DNA of 58,881 nucleotides from Patescibacteria group bacterium (GCA_049274945.1 JBASTP010000001.1:1-58881), one strand, 5' to 3'. Shown: positions 41,730-51,394, numbered from the stretch's first letter. The notes: generated from the sequence alone by a model not told the origin. A program made the numbers and translations.

Positions 41730-42368
41730 ATGGGCAATAAAGTATCACCACTTGCGAACCGAATTCCCCTCACCAAGCGATGGCAGTCGCAGTGGTTTGC
41801 TAACCACAAACAGTTTGGCGAAAAGATCGCCGAGGACTTAATGATCCGGAAAGCGATCGAAAAATCGTATGCCCAACAAGGGGCGATTTCCAAAGTTGAC
41901 ATCGCTCATCGCCAAGCTGATATCGAAGTGACTATTCACTCGGCGCGGCCGGGAGTATTAATCGGCAGGCAAGGCCAAGGCATTGCCGAGGTAAGGAATA
42001 TGCTTGAGAAAAAGATCGGCCGGCAAGTTAAGGTAGAAATTCGGGAGGTACGCCGACCCGAGGCCGACGCCCAGTTGGTGGCCCAATCGATTGGCGGCGC
42101 CCTAGCGCGTAACATTGCGTATCGCCGTGTCTGTAAGCAGGCCCTCGAAAAAGCCATGAGCGCCGGTGCGAAGGGCATTAAAATACTGGTAGCGGGCCGA
42201 TTGGGCGGCTCTGAAATTGCCCGCTCCCAAAAGTTTACCTCGGGGTCGCTTCCGTCCACCTCACTTAAACGCAACATTGATTTTGTGAGTTACGCCCTTC
42301 AAACTAGCTACGGCACAATTGGCATCAAAGTTTGGATTTATAAAGATGCTGAGCCGGAGGAGGCCTGA
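41730..42368 (+). CDS. rpsC: 30S ribosomal protein S3
   Basis: [12 protein letters not shown]..., a KH domain and ...[10 protein letters not shown]. Confidence 0.96.
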   Translation: MGNKVSPLANRIPLTKRWQSQWFANHKQFGEKIAEDLMIRKAIEKSYAQQGAISKVDIAHRQADIEVTIHSARPGVLIGRQGQGIAEVRNMLEKKIGRQVKVEIREVRRPEADAQLVAQSIGGALARNIAYRRVCKQALEKAMSAGAKGIKILVAGRLGGSEIARSQKFTSGSLPSTSLKRNIDFVSYALQTSYGTIGIKVWIYKDAEPEEA

Positions 42369-42778
42369 TGCTCCTGCCGCGCAAAATGAAATACCGCAAG
42401 CAGTTCCGCGGCGGTAAAATCGGCCGAGTAGCAACCCAGGGCACCCGAATTAATTTTGGCCAATACGGGCTTAAAGCGATCGAACCGGTATGGATAACTG
42501 CTCGCCAAATCGAGGCTGCCAGGCGCGCCATGACCCGCTACATCAAACGTGAAGGCCAAGTCTGGATTCGGATATTTCCATCAAAACCAGTTAGTTCGCA
42601 GCCCGCTGAAACTGGCATGGGTGGCGGCAAAGGCGCGGTGGACCACTTTGTTGCGGTTGTAAAACCTGGCCAGGTGTTGTTTGAAATGTCCGGCGTATCG
42701 ATTGCCATCGCCAAAGAGGCGATGCGGCTGGCTGCCCAGAAATTACCGATCAAAACTAAGTTTTCGATTCGACAATGA
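42368..42778 (+). CDS. rplP: 50S ribosomal protein L16
   Basis: [15 protein letters not shown]..., [19 protein letters not shown]. Confidence 0.96.
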   Translation: MLLPRKMKYRKQFRGGKIGRVATQGTRINFGQYGLKAIEPVWITARQIEAARRAMTRYIKREGQVWIRIFPSKPVSSQPAETGMGGGKGAVDHFVAVVKPGQVLFEMSGVSIAIAKEAMRLAAQKLPIKTKFSIRQ

Positions 42779-42987
42779 AAAAAACTGTGCAAGAGCTTCG
42801 AGCCCAATCGATCAAAGACTTGCTCAAAGTCGCCAAGCAAGATACTGAGCGGCTGACGAAGATTAGTTTTGAGTTGGGATTGGGTAAAACCAGTACCATC
42901 AAAGATATTCGCCAGCTTAAAAAACATATTGCCCGGACGCAAACCATTATTTCTGAAAAGTTGCGCGAAGTGGAGAAAAAATCATGA
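42775..42987 (+). CDS. rpmC: 50S ribosomal protein L29
   Basis: Position and sequence ([10 protein letters not shown]...). Confidence 0.9.
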   Translation: MKKTVQELRAQSIKDLLKVAKQDTERLTKISFELGLGKTSTIKDIRQLKKHIARTQTIISEKLREVEKKS

Positions 42988-43023
42988 CCCATTCGACTGA
43001 TGCTCAGGGTCATTCTGAGCGAC
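42984..43023 (+). repeat. 40-nt junction element, copy 1 (rpmC-rpsQ)
   Basis: ATGACCCATTCGACTGATGCTCAGGGTCATTCTGAGCGAC, with the inverted pairs ATGACCC/GGGTCAT and GCTCAG/CTGAGC. Confidence 0.75.
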
Positions 43024-43039
43024 TAAAAGGAGTTGAAGA

Positions 43040-43261
43040 ATGAAAAAGTTTGAAGGAACGGTAATTACCAAATCAGGGATAAAAACCATTAGAGTTGAGG
43101 TTGAATCAATTAAGGTGCACCCTCGCTATGGTAAACGCTATCGGGTCCACAAAAACTACTTGGTGCACGATACGGCCGGCAGCAAAAATGTGGGCGACCC
43201 GGTAACCTTTATTGAGACGCGACCAATTTCCAAGGGTAAACACTTCAAGGTAACACCATAA
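43040..43261 (+). CDS. rpsQ: 30S ribosomal protein S17
   Basis: ...[30 protein letters not shown].... Confidence 0.95.
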   Translation: MKKFEGTVITKSGIKTIRVEVESIKVHPRYGKRYRVHKNYLVHDTAGSKNVGDPVTFIETRPISKGKHFKVTP

Positions 43262-43626
43262 TGTTGCAACCCTACTCATTACTTACAGTGGCAGACAACA
43301 GCGGTGCGATCGAAGCGCGCATCATTTTGGGTGCCCGCGGTAAACTGCGCGATATCGCAATAGGGGATTCGTTCACGGCAACGGTTAAGAAAGCGCGCCC
43401 AATCGGCCAGGTGAAGAAAGGCCAGGTGGTGAAGGCCGTGGTGGTGCGCAGCCGCGCGACAACGGGGCGAGCCGACGGTACCAGCGTGCGCTTCTCGGAT
43501 AACGCTTGTGTGATAATCGGCGCCGATGGCAACCCCCTTGCTACGCGGGTAATCGGCCCGGTGGCTCGCGAGGTGCGCGACAAAGGATTTGTTAAAATCA
43601 CCCAGCTTGCCAAGGAGGTGATATGA
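43261..43626 (+). CDS. rplN: 50S ribosomal protein L14
   Basis: [16 protein letters not shown].... Confidence 0.96.
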   Translation: MLQPYSLLTVADNSGAIEARIILGARGKLRDIAIGDSFTATVKKARPIGQVKKGQVVKAVVVRSRATTGRADGTSVRFSDNACVIIGADGNPLATRVIGPVAREVRDKGFVKITQLAKEVI

Positions 43627-43662
43627 CCCATTCGATGAAGACTCAGGGTCATGCTGAGCGAC
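43623..43662 (+). repeat. 40-nt junction element, copy 2 (rplN-rplX)
   Basis: ATGACCCATTCGATGAAGACTCAGGGTCATGCTGAGCGAC, near-identical to 42984-43023. Confidence 0.75.
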
Positions 43663-43670
43663 GTCGAAGC

Positions 43671-43985
43671 ATGAAATTGCGAAGTGGCGACACGGTGTTT
43701 GTGACGACCGGCAAAGACCGCGGCAAAACCGGCAAGGTTGAGCGAGTATTTCCGAGGAGCGGGAAAGTGATTGTGGCAGGGGCGCACAAAATTCGCAAGC
43801 GAGTCCGCAAGACAGCAACGAATCCAGTTGGCGGTACGGTTGAAACCTTCGCGCCGATCGATGCCTCAAATGTGATGCTGGTGTGCCCAAGCTGCGGCAA
43901 GCGCACCCGTATTGGCTACCAAACCAACGGTGATAAAAAGCTGCGGGTATGTAAAAAATGTAAAGCTAACGTTGACGCGAAATGA
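43671..43985 (+). CDS. rplX: 50S ribosomal protein L24
   Basis: MKLRSGDTVFVTTGKDRGKTGKV... (KOW motif). ATG 43671 is preferred because the track start 43623 lies inside the repeated junction element. Confidence 0.93.
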   Translation: MKLRSGDTVFVTTGKDRGKTGKVERVFPRSGKVIVAGAHKIRKRVRKTATNPVGGTVETFAPIDASNVMLVCPSCGKRTRIGYQTNGDKKLRVCKKCKANVDAK

Positions 43986-44449
43986 GTAACCTCCAAGAAA
44001 AACTTGAAAAGATTACGGTGAATGTGGGGGTGGGCAAGGTTATTAAAGACACCAAACACATTGCCGCGGTCGAAGAAAACCTTATGAAAATCACCGGCCA
44101 AAAACCGGCGCGCCGGATGGCAAAAAAAGCCATTGCCGGGTTTAAGTTGCGCGAGGGCGATTTAGTTGGGTTAGTGGTAACGCTCCGGGGCAAACGGATG
44201 CACGATTTCCTGACCCGGTTAACCAAACTCACCCTGCCGTCAAACCGCGATTTCAAGGGTATTAATGAATCGAGCATTGACGCAACTGGCAACCTGACGA
44301 TTGGCCTGGCCGACATGACGGCGTTTCCCGAACTGCACGACCTGGCCGGTAGTTTTGAACACGGTATCGAAGTAACAATGGTTAGCTCAGCGCCGCGAGT
44401 AAAGGCTAAAGCCTTCTACGAGAGCCTGGGAATACCGTTCAAGAAATGA
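43982..44449 (+). CDS. rplE: 50S ribosomal protein L5 (short form)
   Basis: ...ITVNVGVG..., FKLREG..VG..VTLRG.RM..FL. Confidence 0.93.
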   Translation: MSNLQEKLEKITVNVGVGKVIKDTKHIAAVEENLMKITGQKPARRMAKKAIAGFKLREGDLVGLVVTLRGKRMHDFLTRLTKLTLPSNRDFKGINESSIDATGNLTIGLADMTAFPELHDLAGSFEHGIEVTMVSSAPRVKAKAFYESLGIPFKK

Positions 44450-44637
44450 TATACTTACTCGTTAGAAATTATGAATGGATGCTGGCGAGTGGTGCGAGGG
44501 GAGGGCGGGTTGCTAGCGCCACAGGAAGGGAGCATCCAGCAGCGAACGAAGTGAGCTGTCTAGGAGCGACCGCTCATGTAGAGTGCACGTCCCGAGGCGG
44601 TACCCGAGCCAGCTAACGCATAAACTATTAACATCAC

Positions 44638-44823
44638 ATGGCTAAAAAATCACAAATTGTAAAATCGCAAAAGAAACCTAAATACACCACGCGTATCGTG
44701 CTCCGCTGTGGCCGCTGTGGCCGCAAGCGTTCGTACCTGCGCAAATTCGGCCTGTGCCGGATTTGCTTTAGGGAACTGGCCTGGCGTGGTGAGATTCCAG
44801 GAGTACAAAAAGCAAGCTGGTAA
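44638..44823 (+). CDS. rpsN: 30S ribosomal protein S14 type Z (zinc-binding)
   Basis: 61 aa with CGRCGR...CRIC. Confidence 0.95.
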   Translation: MAKKSQIVKSQKKPKYTTRIVLRCGRCGRKRSYLRKFGLCRICFRELAWRGEIPGVQKASW

Positions 44824-44828
44824 CGATT

Positions 44829-45200
44829 ATGACTGATCCAATTGCACAACTAGTGACGAGCCTCAAGAACGCGCACATGGCGGGTAAGTCTGATTTGCGT
44901 CTCCCTGCCTCCCATTTCAAACAAGACATTCTGACTAAACTCATCGAACTGGGCTACGTTACAAAATTCGAAGAGTTGAAAGAACACGGCAGGCTCTACT
45001 TTATGGTAACCCTCGGCGGGTTCGAAGAAATCAAGCTCATTTCAAAGCCATCGCGCCGGATCTACCTCAAGGCACGGAAGATTCCACTGTACCGAGCAAA
45101 ACGGAGCAAACTACTCCTATCAACTCCTAAAGGACTGATGTTTGACGCCGAGGCTAAGAAAGCGAACCAGGGTGGTGAAGTAATTCTTGAGGTAACCTAA
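44829..45200 (+). CDS. rpsH: 30S ribosomal protein S8
   Basis: MTDPIAQLVTSLKNA.... Confidence 0.95.
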   Translation: MTDPIAQLVTSLKNAHMAGKSDLRLPASHFKQDILTKLIELGYVTKFEELKEHGRLYFMVTLGGFEEIKLISKPSRRIYLKARKIPLYRAKRSKLLLSTPKGLMFDAEAKKANQGGEVILEVT

Positions 45201-45202
45201 TC

Positions 45203-45757
45203 ATGTCAAAGATTGGCCGCAAACCGGTTCCGATTAACCCAGGGGTAACCGTCGAACTCAAAGGTTCCGAGCTTTTCGTGCGCGGCCAAAAGGGCGAACT
45301 TTCCGTTGCCATCCCCAGCCAGTTATCCGTTACCATTAAAGACAACGAGCTCACGGTAACGCCAAACGTAAAAACCAAAGAGTCGGCCAGCCTCCACGGC
45401 ATGGCCCGGAACATCATTCAAAATGCCGTTACGGGGGTCTCGGACGGGTTCACCCGCAAGCTCGAAATGAAAGGCACCGGCTACCGAGCTGAGGTCAAGG
45501 AAGGCTCACTTACCCTTATTGTAGGATTTTCACACCCCGTAGCAATGACAATTCCGCAGGGCATAACGGCCGCGGTTGAACGAAACGTCGTGATTATTTT
45601 AGCTGGAAGCGATCGGCAAAAATTGGGCCACTTTGCCGCACAAATTCGAGCCGTCAGACCCCCTGAGCCATACAAAGGCAAGGGTATCAAATATGAGCAA
45701 GAGATTATCAAGCGTAAACCCGGCAAAGCTGCTAAAGCCGCCCAGGCGGGATCATGA
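45203..45757 (+). CDS. rplF: 50S ribosomal protein L6
   Basis: MSKIGRKPVPI..., ...EPYKGKGIKY. Confidence 0.96.
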   Translation: MSKIGRKPVPINPGVTVELKGSELFVRGQKGELSVAIPSQLSVTIKDNELTVTPNVKTKESASLHGMARNIIQNAVTGVSDGFTRKLEMKGTGYRAEVKEGSLTLIVGFSHPVAMTIPQGITAAVERNVVIILAGSDRQKLGHFAAQIRAVRPPEPYKGKGIKYEQEIIKRKPGKAAKAAQAGS

Positions 45758-46104
45758 GTACGAGCAAGCTAAAAAATAGTAAGCTCGGTCGCCGGATCAA
45801 AAGGATCCGGGCACGGATATTCGGTACCGCCGATCGGCCGCGCCTCGCGGTGCGCAAAACTAATAGCAACATGTTCGCCCAGCTGGTTGATGACAGTCAA
45901 GGCGTTACCTTAGCGGCCGCTTCAAGCCTCAGTCTCATCAAGGGCACAAAAACTGAGCAAGCCCATGAAGTTGGCGGAATGATTGCAAAATTGGCAGCCG
46001 CAAAAAAAATCACTAACGCGGTGTTCGATCGGCGCGGCGGCGCCTACCATGGCCGCATCAAATCTCTTGCCGATGCCGCCCGAAAAGATGGTTTAGTATT
46101 TTAA
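45754..46104 (+). CDS. rplR: 50S ribosomal protein L18
   Basis: ...RPRLAVRKTN...FDRRGGAYHGRIK.LADAAR..GL.F. Confidence 0.95.
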   Translation: MSTSKLKNSKLGRRIKRIRARIFGTADRPRLAVRKTNSNMFAQLVDDSQGVTLAAASSLSLIKGTKTEQAHEVGGMIAKLAAAKKITNAVFDRRGGAYHGRIKSLADAARKDGLVF

Positions 46105-46109
46105 CTATT

Positions 46110-46640
46110 ATGGAACGCACTACCAATCAGACAGCACGAAACCGATTTGACACCCGCGGAAACCAGCCACCTGAGGCTCGGGAGTTTGAAGAAAAGGTCA
46201 TTGCGATTGATCGAGTCTCCCGAACGGTCGCCGGTGGGAGAAGAATGCGCTTTCGCGCGCTCGTCGTGATCGGCAACCGCAAGGGTAAAATCGGCATGGG
46301 GATCGGCAAGGGCAATGAGGTGGTGAATGCCATCGCCAAAGCTAACACCCAGGCGCGTAAGCACCTTATCGTAGTGCCGATCAAAGACAATACTATTCCG
46401 TTCAACATTGAAACTTCTTTTGGCTCCACGCGGCTCCATCTTAAGAGCGCCCGGCCTGGCACCTCGGTGATTGCCGGTGGGGTGGTCCGCCAGGTAGTGG
46501 AGCTTGCCGGTATCGGTAACATCGTCGCAAAAATATATGGATCAACTAATCAAATTAACTCTGCGAAAGCGGTTTTTGCCGCGCTGGAGGAGCTAACCAA
46601 TCTCGATGCAAAATCTCAAACTTCCAAAACAAGTAGCTAA
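46110..46640 (+). CDS. rpsE: 30S ribosomal protein S5
   Basis: ...VSRTVAGGRRMRFRALVVIGN.KG..G.G.GK. Confidence 0.95.
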   Translation: MERTTNQTARNRFDTRGNQPPEAREFEEKVIAIDRVSRTVAGGRRMRFRALVVIGNRKGKIGMGIGKGNEVVNAIAKANTQARKHLIVVPIKDNTIPFNIETSFGSTRLHLKSARPGTSVIAGGVVRQVVELAGIGNIVAKIYGSTNQINSAKAVFAALEELTNLDAKSQTSKTSS

Positions 46641-46986
46641 GCGCAAGCGAGTTGGGCGGGGGATCGCGGCTGGCGGCGGCAAGACTGCCGGCCGAGGCAC
46701 CAAAGGCCAGGGCTCGCGAACCGGCTCTTCGATCCACCTGCCAAAACACTTCTTGAAGCTCCCCAAGCTGCGGGGCTTTACGTCGTCCCGGGTAAAGCGC
46801 GCCACGATCTCCTATGCTCGGGTGAGCCAGCAGTTCGCCGACGGCGCCAAGGTTTCCTACGAAGCGCTCGTCAAACTGGGCATGGCAGAGCGCGGCGTAG
46901 GCGTTAAAATTGTTGGCCCGAAGACCGACAAAAAAAAATTCCAATTCATGGGAGTAAAAATCACTAAATCGGTAGCCGATGTTTAA
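46606..46986 (+). CDS. rplO: 50S ribosomal protein L15 (directly follows S5; no L30 gene)
   Basis: ...KRVGRGIAAGGGKTAGRGTKGQ.... Overlaps the rpsE 3' end by 35 nt. Confidence 0.92.
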   Translation: MQNLKLPKQVAKRKRVGRGIAAGGGKTAGRGTKGQGSRTGSSIHLPKHFLKLPKLRGFTSSRVKRATISYARVSQQFADGAKVSYEALVKLGMAERGVGVKIVGPKTDKKKFQFMGVKITKSVADV

Positions 46987-48262
46987 AACGCTCGCTCAAC
47001 TCTGGCGGCTGCCCGAAGTTCGCCGCAGAATTTTGCTTACCATCCTGCTGCTGACGATTGTTCGCTTTGTCGCCCACGTACCGCTGCCCGGAATTGATAC
47101 GGCCGCACTCGCTAAGTTATTCCAAGATAACCAACTTTTTGGGCTGCTTGATCTCTTTTCCGGGGGCGCGCTGGCCCAGTTCTCGGTGGCGTTTATGGGC
47201 GTTGGACCCTATATTACGGCTTCGATTATTATGCAGCTGCTGGCCCATGTTATTCCGTCGCTTGAAGCGCTCCAGAAAGAAGGCGAACAAGGCCGCATGA
47301 AAATCAACCAATACACCCGCTACCTTACCGTGCCGCTCGGAATTATCCAGGCGTTTGGACTGCTTTCGCTGCTTCGTTCGGGCGGCGTGCTCGCCGAGGT
47401 TACCATCTCGCAACTGCTCACTATCCTTATTACCGGTACGGCGGGTACGGTGCTCCTGATGTGGCTTGGTGAGTTGATTTCTGAGTCCGGCATCGGCAAC
47501 GGTATCTCGCTTATTATCACGATTGGTATTCTTGCCCGGGTGCCTGCGAGTATCCGCAACGTTATTAATTTGGTAGTGGGCGGCGGGATCTTTGATTCCA
47601 AGCAGTTTATTAGCATCATTACCTTTCTGGCGATTGCCCTCGCCATGGTAGTGTTTATTGTGCTTATTAACGAGGCGGTCAGAAAAATCCCCATCTCATA
47701 CGCTCGGCGCCTCCGGGAAGGTCTTGCTCCGGTCGACACCTATCTGCCCATCAAAATCGCTGCCGCCGGGGTAATCCCAATTATCTTCGCGGTATCAGTG
47801 ATTGTTTTCCCATCGATCATTGCCTCATTTTTTGCCCGGGCGCGTTCCGATGTCTTGGCCAACGCGGCATCGGCATTCCTTAACCTCTACCAGCCCAACG
47901 GTGTTATCTACTCTGTTACCTATTTCACTTTGGTGATTGCCTTTACCTACTTCTATACCGCGATTATTTTCCGGCCCCAGGAAATTGCCGAGAACCTCAA
48001 CAAACAAGGCGGGTTTATTCCCGGCGTTCGGCCAGGCTCTGAAACCGCTCACTACCTGAAAGGCGTGATCAGCCGATTAACCTTGCCGGGTTCGCTCTTT
48101 TTGGGGCTTATTGCAACGGCGCCATTTCTGATACAATTAATTACCGGTACCCAATCACTCGTCGTGGGGGGGACTGGAGTGCTGATTGTCGTCTCTGTGG
48201 CAATCGAAACCTACCTCGCCATCCGAGCCCACCTGCTAACAAGAACGTATGATGCTTACTAA
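46979..48262 (+). CDS. secY: preprotein translocase subunit SecY
   Basis: 10-transmembrane-helix profile with typical SecY blocks (GIDTAAL...FSGGAL...FALGV/MGVGPYITASII). Confidence 0.96.
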   Translation: MFKTLAQLWRLPEVRRRILLTILLLTIVRFVAHVPLPGIDTAALAKLFQDNQLFGLLDLFSGGALAQFSVAFMGVGPYITASIIMQLLAHVIPSLEALQKEGEQGRMKINQYTRYLTVPLGIIQAFGLLSLLRSGGVLAEVTISQLLTILITGTAGTVLLMWLGELISESGIGNGISLIITIGILARVPASIRNVINLVVGGGIFDSKQFISIITFLAIALAMVVFIVLINEAVRKIPISYARRLREGLAPVDTYLPIKIAAAGVIPIIFAVSVIVFPSIIASFFARARSDVLANAASAFLNLYQPNGVIYSVTYFTLVIAFTYFYTAIIFRPQEIAENLNKQGGFIPGVRPGSETAHYLKGVISRLTLPGSLFLGLIATAPFLIQLITGTQSLVVGGTGVLIVVSVAIETYLAIRAHLLTRTYDAY

Positions 48263-49241
48263 AATAGTATTCCCGATCATCATCGCCGCCATTGCTATCT
48301 CTGTCGGTGTTTTTGTGGTTCGCAGCCGCAGCAGCGTAACACCACAACCAGTAGCAGAATCTAATCAACCTAGCGTTGCGACCAAGGAGCAGGCTGCTAC
48401 TACCGGCCTCACCGGCTCGCTCATTGTGGTGACCAAGGGTGGCCAGATCGAGCGGGTCAATCTTGCCGATAGCGCTCGAAGCCAACTGGTCAAAGACGAA
48501 AAACTCCGCCTCGCCAAAACTGCCCCGGGCGCCAAGCAGCTCATTACGGTTACCACTGCAAGCGCTTCTAGCGCAAACCTAAACCTCTATGATCCGGCAA
48601 GCGGGAAAACTACCAAACTAGCCGAGCTGTCGCTCTCGGGCGCGCCGCCCATTGTCTCGCCCGATGGCAAGCAATACCTCTCAGCCAGCTTCTCAAACTT
48701 CGAGGTTGAGTTTGGCTGGCACGTCTACCTCAACACGGTTGGGCAGTCAAATAAAAAAGAAGTTTTCTCTACCCCGGAATCACTCACGAGCGTTGCCTTT
48801 AGTCCCGATGCCAGCAAAATTGCGTTTGTGGTATCCAAGGGTAAAGGCGGTTCAGAGGTTACCGTGGTGAATCTCAAAACCGAAAAGGGTAGCGAAATCT
48901 ACACCACCAACGCCGAGATTCTTTCGCTCGCTTGGGGCGGCTCCACCATCTTCTTTGTCGAGGCGCCGGCGAAAAAAGGCCAGGCCAACCAGGCTGAACT
49001 CTACCAGATGTCAGATAGCGGCAAGGACAAAAAACAGCTCACCACCAACGACCGAGCCGAAAACTTTGTTGCCGCAGCCGCGGACGGTTCCAAAGTCGCG
49101 TTCCTTGATCTTTCCTACAGTTCCGGCAACGTAACCCCCGAGACAACCGGTACGGTGAGCGTGCTTGATCTTAAATCTGGCAAGGTCCAAACCTTTGGTG
49201 AAGCGGTCCAGGTGGCTGGTTTTGAAGCTACTAGTGAATAA
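48249..49241 (+). CDS. membrane-anchored PD40/TolB-like beta-propeller repeat protein
   Basis: N-terminal transmembrane helix, then repeated SPDGKQYL / SPDASKIAFV / AADGSKVAFL motifs. It sits between secY and adk. Confidence 0.65.
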   Translation: MMLTKIVFPIIIAAIAISVGVFVVRSRSSVTPQPVAESNQPSVATKEQAATTGLTGSLIVVTKGGQIERVNLADSARSQLVKDEKLRLAKTAPGAKQLITVTTASASSANLNLYDPASGKTTKLAELSLSGAPPIVSPDGKQYLSASFSNFEVEFGWHVYLNTVGQSNKKEVFSTPESLTSVAFSPDASKIAFVVSKGKGGSEVTVVNLKTEKGSEIYTTNAEILSLAWGGSTIFFVEAPAKKGQANQAELYQMSDSGKDKKQLTTNDRAENFVAAAADGSKVAFLDLSYSSGNVTPETTGTVSVLDLKSGKVQTFGEAVQVAGFEATSE

Positions 49242-49869
49242 GCTCTCTCTTATTATCCTTGGTCCCCAAGGTTCGGGTAAAGGCACCCAGGCAGCGCTCG
49301 TTGCCCAACATTTTAAGGTGTCCAAATTTTCCATGGGCGATACCCTGCGAACGGTTGCCGCCTCTCCTACACCGCTTGGGCAGCGTATTAAACCAATTCT
49401 TAAAGAGGGTAACCTTATCAGCCTGCAAGATACCAAGGCAGTCATCGCCGAAGGTGTTCGCCAACTTAACCCCACGCAAGGGATTGTGATCGAAGGGGTT
49501 CCTCGCTCCCTCGAACAAGTGGAACCGATAGAACAAATCCTGGCCGAGTACGGGTTAGCCAAACCCTGGCTCATTGAACTCCAAATATCCGACCGAACTG
49601 CCTCGCAGCGGGTTGGCAAGCGTAAAATCTGCAGCGCCTGCCAGCACCCGGCGGGGCAAAGCGATACAAAGTGCGTACGCTGCGGGTCTAAGCTGATTAG
49701 GCGAACCGATGAAGACGAGGAAACTCTGAACAATCGCTTGGCGGTTTACCACCGGGAAACTGAACCGGTCATTGAGCATTTTAACGAGCTCGGCCGCCAT
49801 ATCGCGATTGACGGCGAGCCGCCCGTTCGCGAGGTTTATGAAGCAATCCTACGTAGCATCGAACGCTGA
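49234..49869 (+). CDS. adk: adenylate kinase (Cys4 zinc lid)
   Basis: LIILGPQGSGKGTQA, lid CSAC...CVRCG. GTG 49234 is preferred to the track start 49165, which lies inside the previous gene. Confidence 0.9.
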   Translation: MNKLSLIILGPQGSGKGTQAALVAQHFKVSKFSMGDTLRTVAASPTPLGQRIKPILKEGNLISLQDTKAVIAEGVRQLNPTQGIVIEGVPRSLEQVEPIEQILAEYGLAKPWLIELQISDRTASQRVGKRKICSACQHPAGQSDTKCVRCGSKLIRRTDEDEETLNNRLAVYHRETEPVIEHFNELGRHIAIDGEPPVREVYEAILRSIER

Positions 49870-50590
49870 CTTAGCCAATCTTACGAACTCGGGAAAAATC
49901 CTCTCTGAGGTGCTGGAACTCATGGCCGTAAACGCCCGCGAAGGCACTAATTTGATGGAGCTCGAGGCCCTTGCGGAAACCCAAATCAAAAAACGCGGCG
50001 GGCAAGCCTCATTCAAGGGCTTCCAAGGCTACCCGGCGGCAAGCTGCCTATCGCTGAATGATGCCATTGTCCACGGTCTTCCCCACGATCGAGTGCTAGT
50101 GAGCGGCGACGTCCTCGGTATCGATCTGGGGGTTATCTCTAAGGGGTGGTACACCGATGCCGCTACCACCGTAGCAATCGAGCCAGTTGACCCAACCATC
50201 CGGGGCCTTATTGCATCAACCAAACGCGCTCTTGAACTCGCAATCACCCTTGTAAAACCGGGGATACGGGTCGGAGTAATATCCCACGCCATCGAGCAGA
50301 TCGCCAAGCAAGACAAATTGGGGATCATCAAAAGCCTCTCTGGCCACGGCATCGGTAAACACCTCCACGAACCGCCCCAGATCCCCAATTACGGCAAACC
50401 GAGCGACGGCCCGGTGCTCGTGGCCGGCCAGGTCCTGGCCATCGAACCAATGTTTTCAACCGGATCAGGTGACGTTGCAATTGGGCCAGACGGCTGGACG
50501 GTGCGGTGCACCGATGGCATTGGCAGCCACCACGAAGCCACGGTCCTGGTTACCAAAACAGGTACAACAGTGTTGACAAGGTTACCCTAA
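49838..50590 (+). CDS. map: type I methionine aminopeptidase
   Basis: ...NDAIVHGLP..., DLGV..., SGHGIG..HE.P.I, EPM. The start is uncertain; ATG 49838 overlaps the adk 3' end, and the track gives TTG 49772. Confidence 0.88.
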   Translation: MKQSYVASNADLANLTNSGKILSEVLELMAVNAREGTNLMELEALAETQIKKRGGQASFKGFQGYPAASCLSLNDAIVHGLPHDRVLVSGDVLGIDLGVISKGWYTDAATTVAIEPVDPTIRGLIASTKRALELAITLVKPGIRVGVISHAIEQIAKQDKLGIIKSLSGHGIGKHLHEPPQIPNYGKPSDGPVLVAGQVLAIEPMFSTGSGDVAIGPDGWTVRCTDGIGSHHEATVLVTKTGTTVLTRLP

Positions 50591-50619
50591 ACCCATATAA
50601 TGTCATTAGTTTCTCTTAA

Positions 50620-50832
50620 ATGGCTAAAGAAGCATTACTGCTAGAAGGCAAGGTTACTGAAGCCCTGCCTAATACTTTATTTCGTGTCGAGTTAGACAGT
50701 ACTGATATGGTGTTAGCGCACCTTTCCGGTAAAATGCGGCTGCACTATATCAAAATTGTCGAAGGCGACCGGGTTATCGTGGAGTTTTCTCCCTATGACC
50801 TGACGCGAGGCAGAATTATCAAACGATTATAA
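50620..50832 (+). CDS. infA: translation initiation factor IF-1
   Basis: ...[18 protein letters not shown]......HLSGKMR...I.I..GD.V.VE.SPYDL.RGRI..R. Confidence 0.96.
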   Translation: MAKEALLLEGKVTEALPNTLFRVELDSTDMVLAHLSGKMRLHYIKIVEGDRVIVEFSPYDLTRGRIIKRL

Positions 50833-50951
50833 TGGCAAAAGTCAGATCATCAATCAGGCGGCAGTGCGAGCATTGCCAGATTATCACCCGTAAGCGAGCG
50901 CTCCGGGTGATTTGCAGTCGTGATCGGCGCCATAACCGGAGGCAGGGATAA
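50832..50951 (+). CDS. rpmJ: 50S ribosomal protein L36 (below the ORF-track length cut-off)
   Basis: My translation is [44 protein letters not shown] overlaps occur at both ends, with infA and with rpsM. Confidence 0.9.
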   Translation: MAKVRSSIRRQCEHCQIITRKRALRVICSRDRRHNRRQG

Positions 50952-51394
50952 TGGCTGATGCAACTGCCACACCGGTTGCTCCCGCCGCCGAGCAAACTCG
51001 AAAAATGACTCTGCGGATCGCCGGAGTAATCCTGCCGGATACTAAACCGGTTGGCATTGCCCTAACCTATTTGTTCGGAGTAGGGCACGCCAGCGCCAAA
51101 AGCTTATTGGCCCAGGTAGCAATCAACCCCCAGCTGCGGGTACGCGACCTCTCGGCTGAACAAGTTGAAAAGATTCGCAAAACCGTTGAAGAGCGGTTCA
51201 CCCTCGAGAATCAACTCAGGCAGGAAATCCTTACCAACATTCGCCGGCTCAAAGAAATCAGTAGCTACCGTGGCAGCCGCCACGCCCATAATCTTCCGGT
51301 TCGCGGCCAGCGCACCAGAACCAACGCCCGCACCAAACGCGGTAAAAAGGTAACGGTTGGCTCCGGACGCAAGAAATCTTCAGAGAAAACATAA
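50951..51394 (+). CDS. rpsM: 30S ribosomal protein S13
   Basis: ...LRIAGV..., ...YRGSRHAHNLPVRGQRTRTNARTKRG. Alternative start at ATG 51005. Confidence 0.95.
   Translation: MADATATPVAPAAEQTRKMTLRIAGVILPDTKPVGIALTYLFGVGHASAKSLLAQVAINPQLRVRDLSAEQVEKIRKTVEERFTLENQLRQEILTNIRRLKEISSYRGSRHAHNLPVRGQRTRTNARTKRGKKVTVGSGRKKSSEKT

Noticed and set aside
47589-47604. TCTTTGATTCCAAGCA inside secY matches 15 of 16 nt of repeat-plus-spacer start at 30747-30762. TTCCTTGATC also occurs at 49101-49110 inside the PD40 gene.
   Set aside because: The matches do not extend further into the spacers. A one-mismatch hit to a 10-mer is expected a few times by chance in 59 kb, so this is not evidence of self-targeting.
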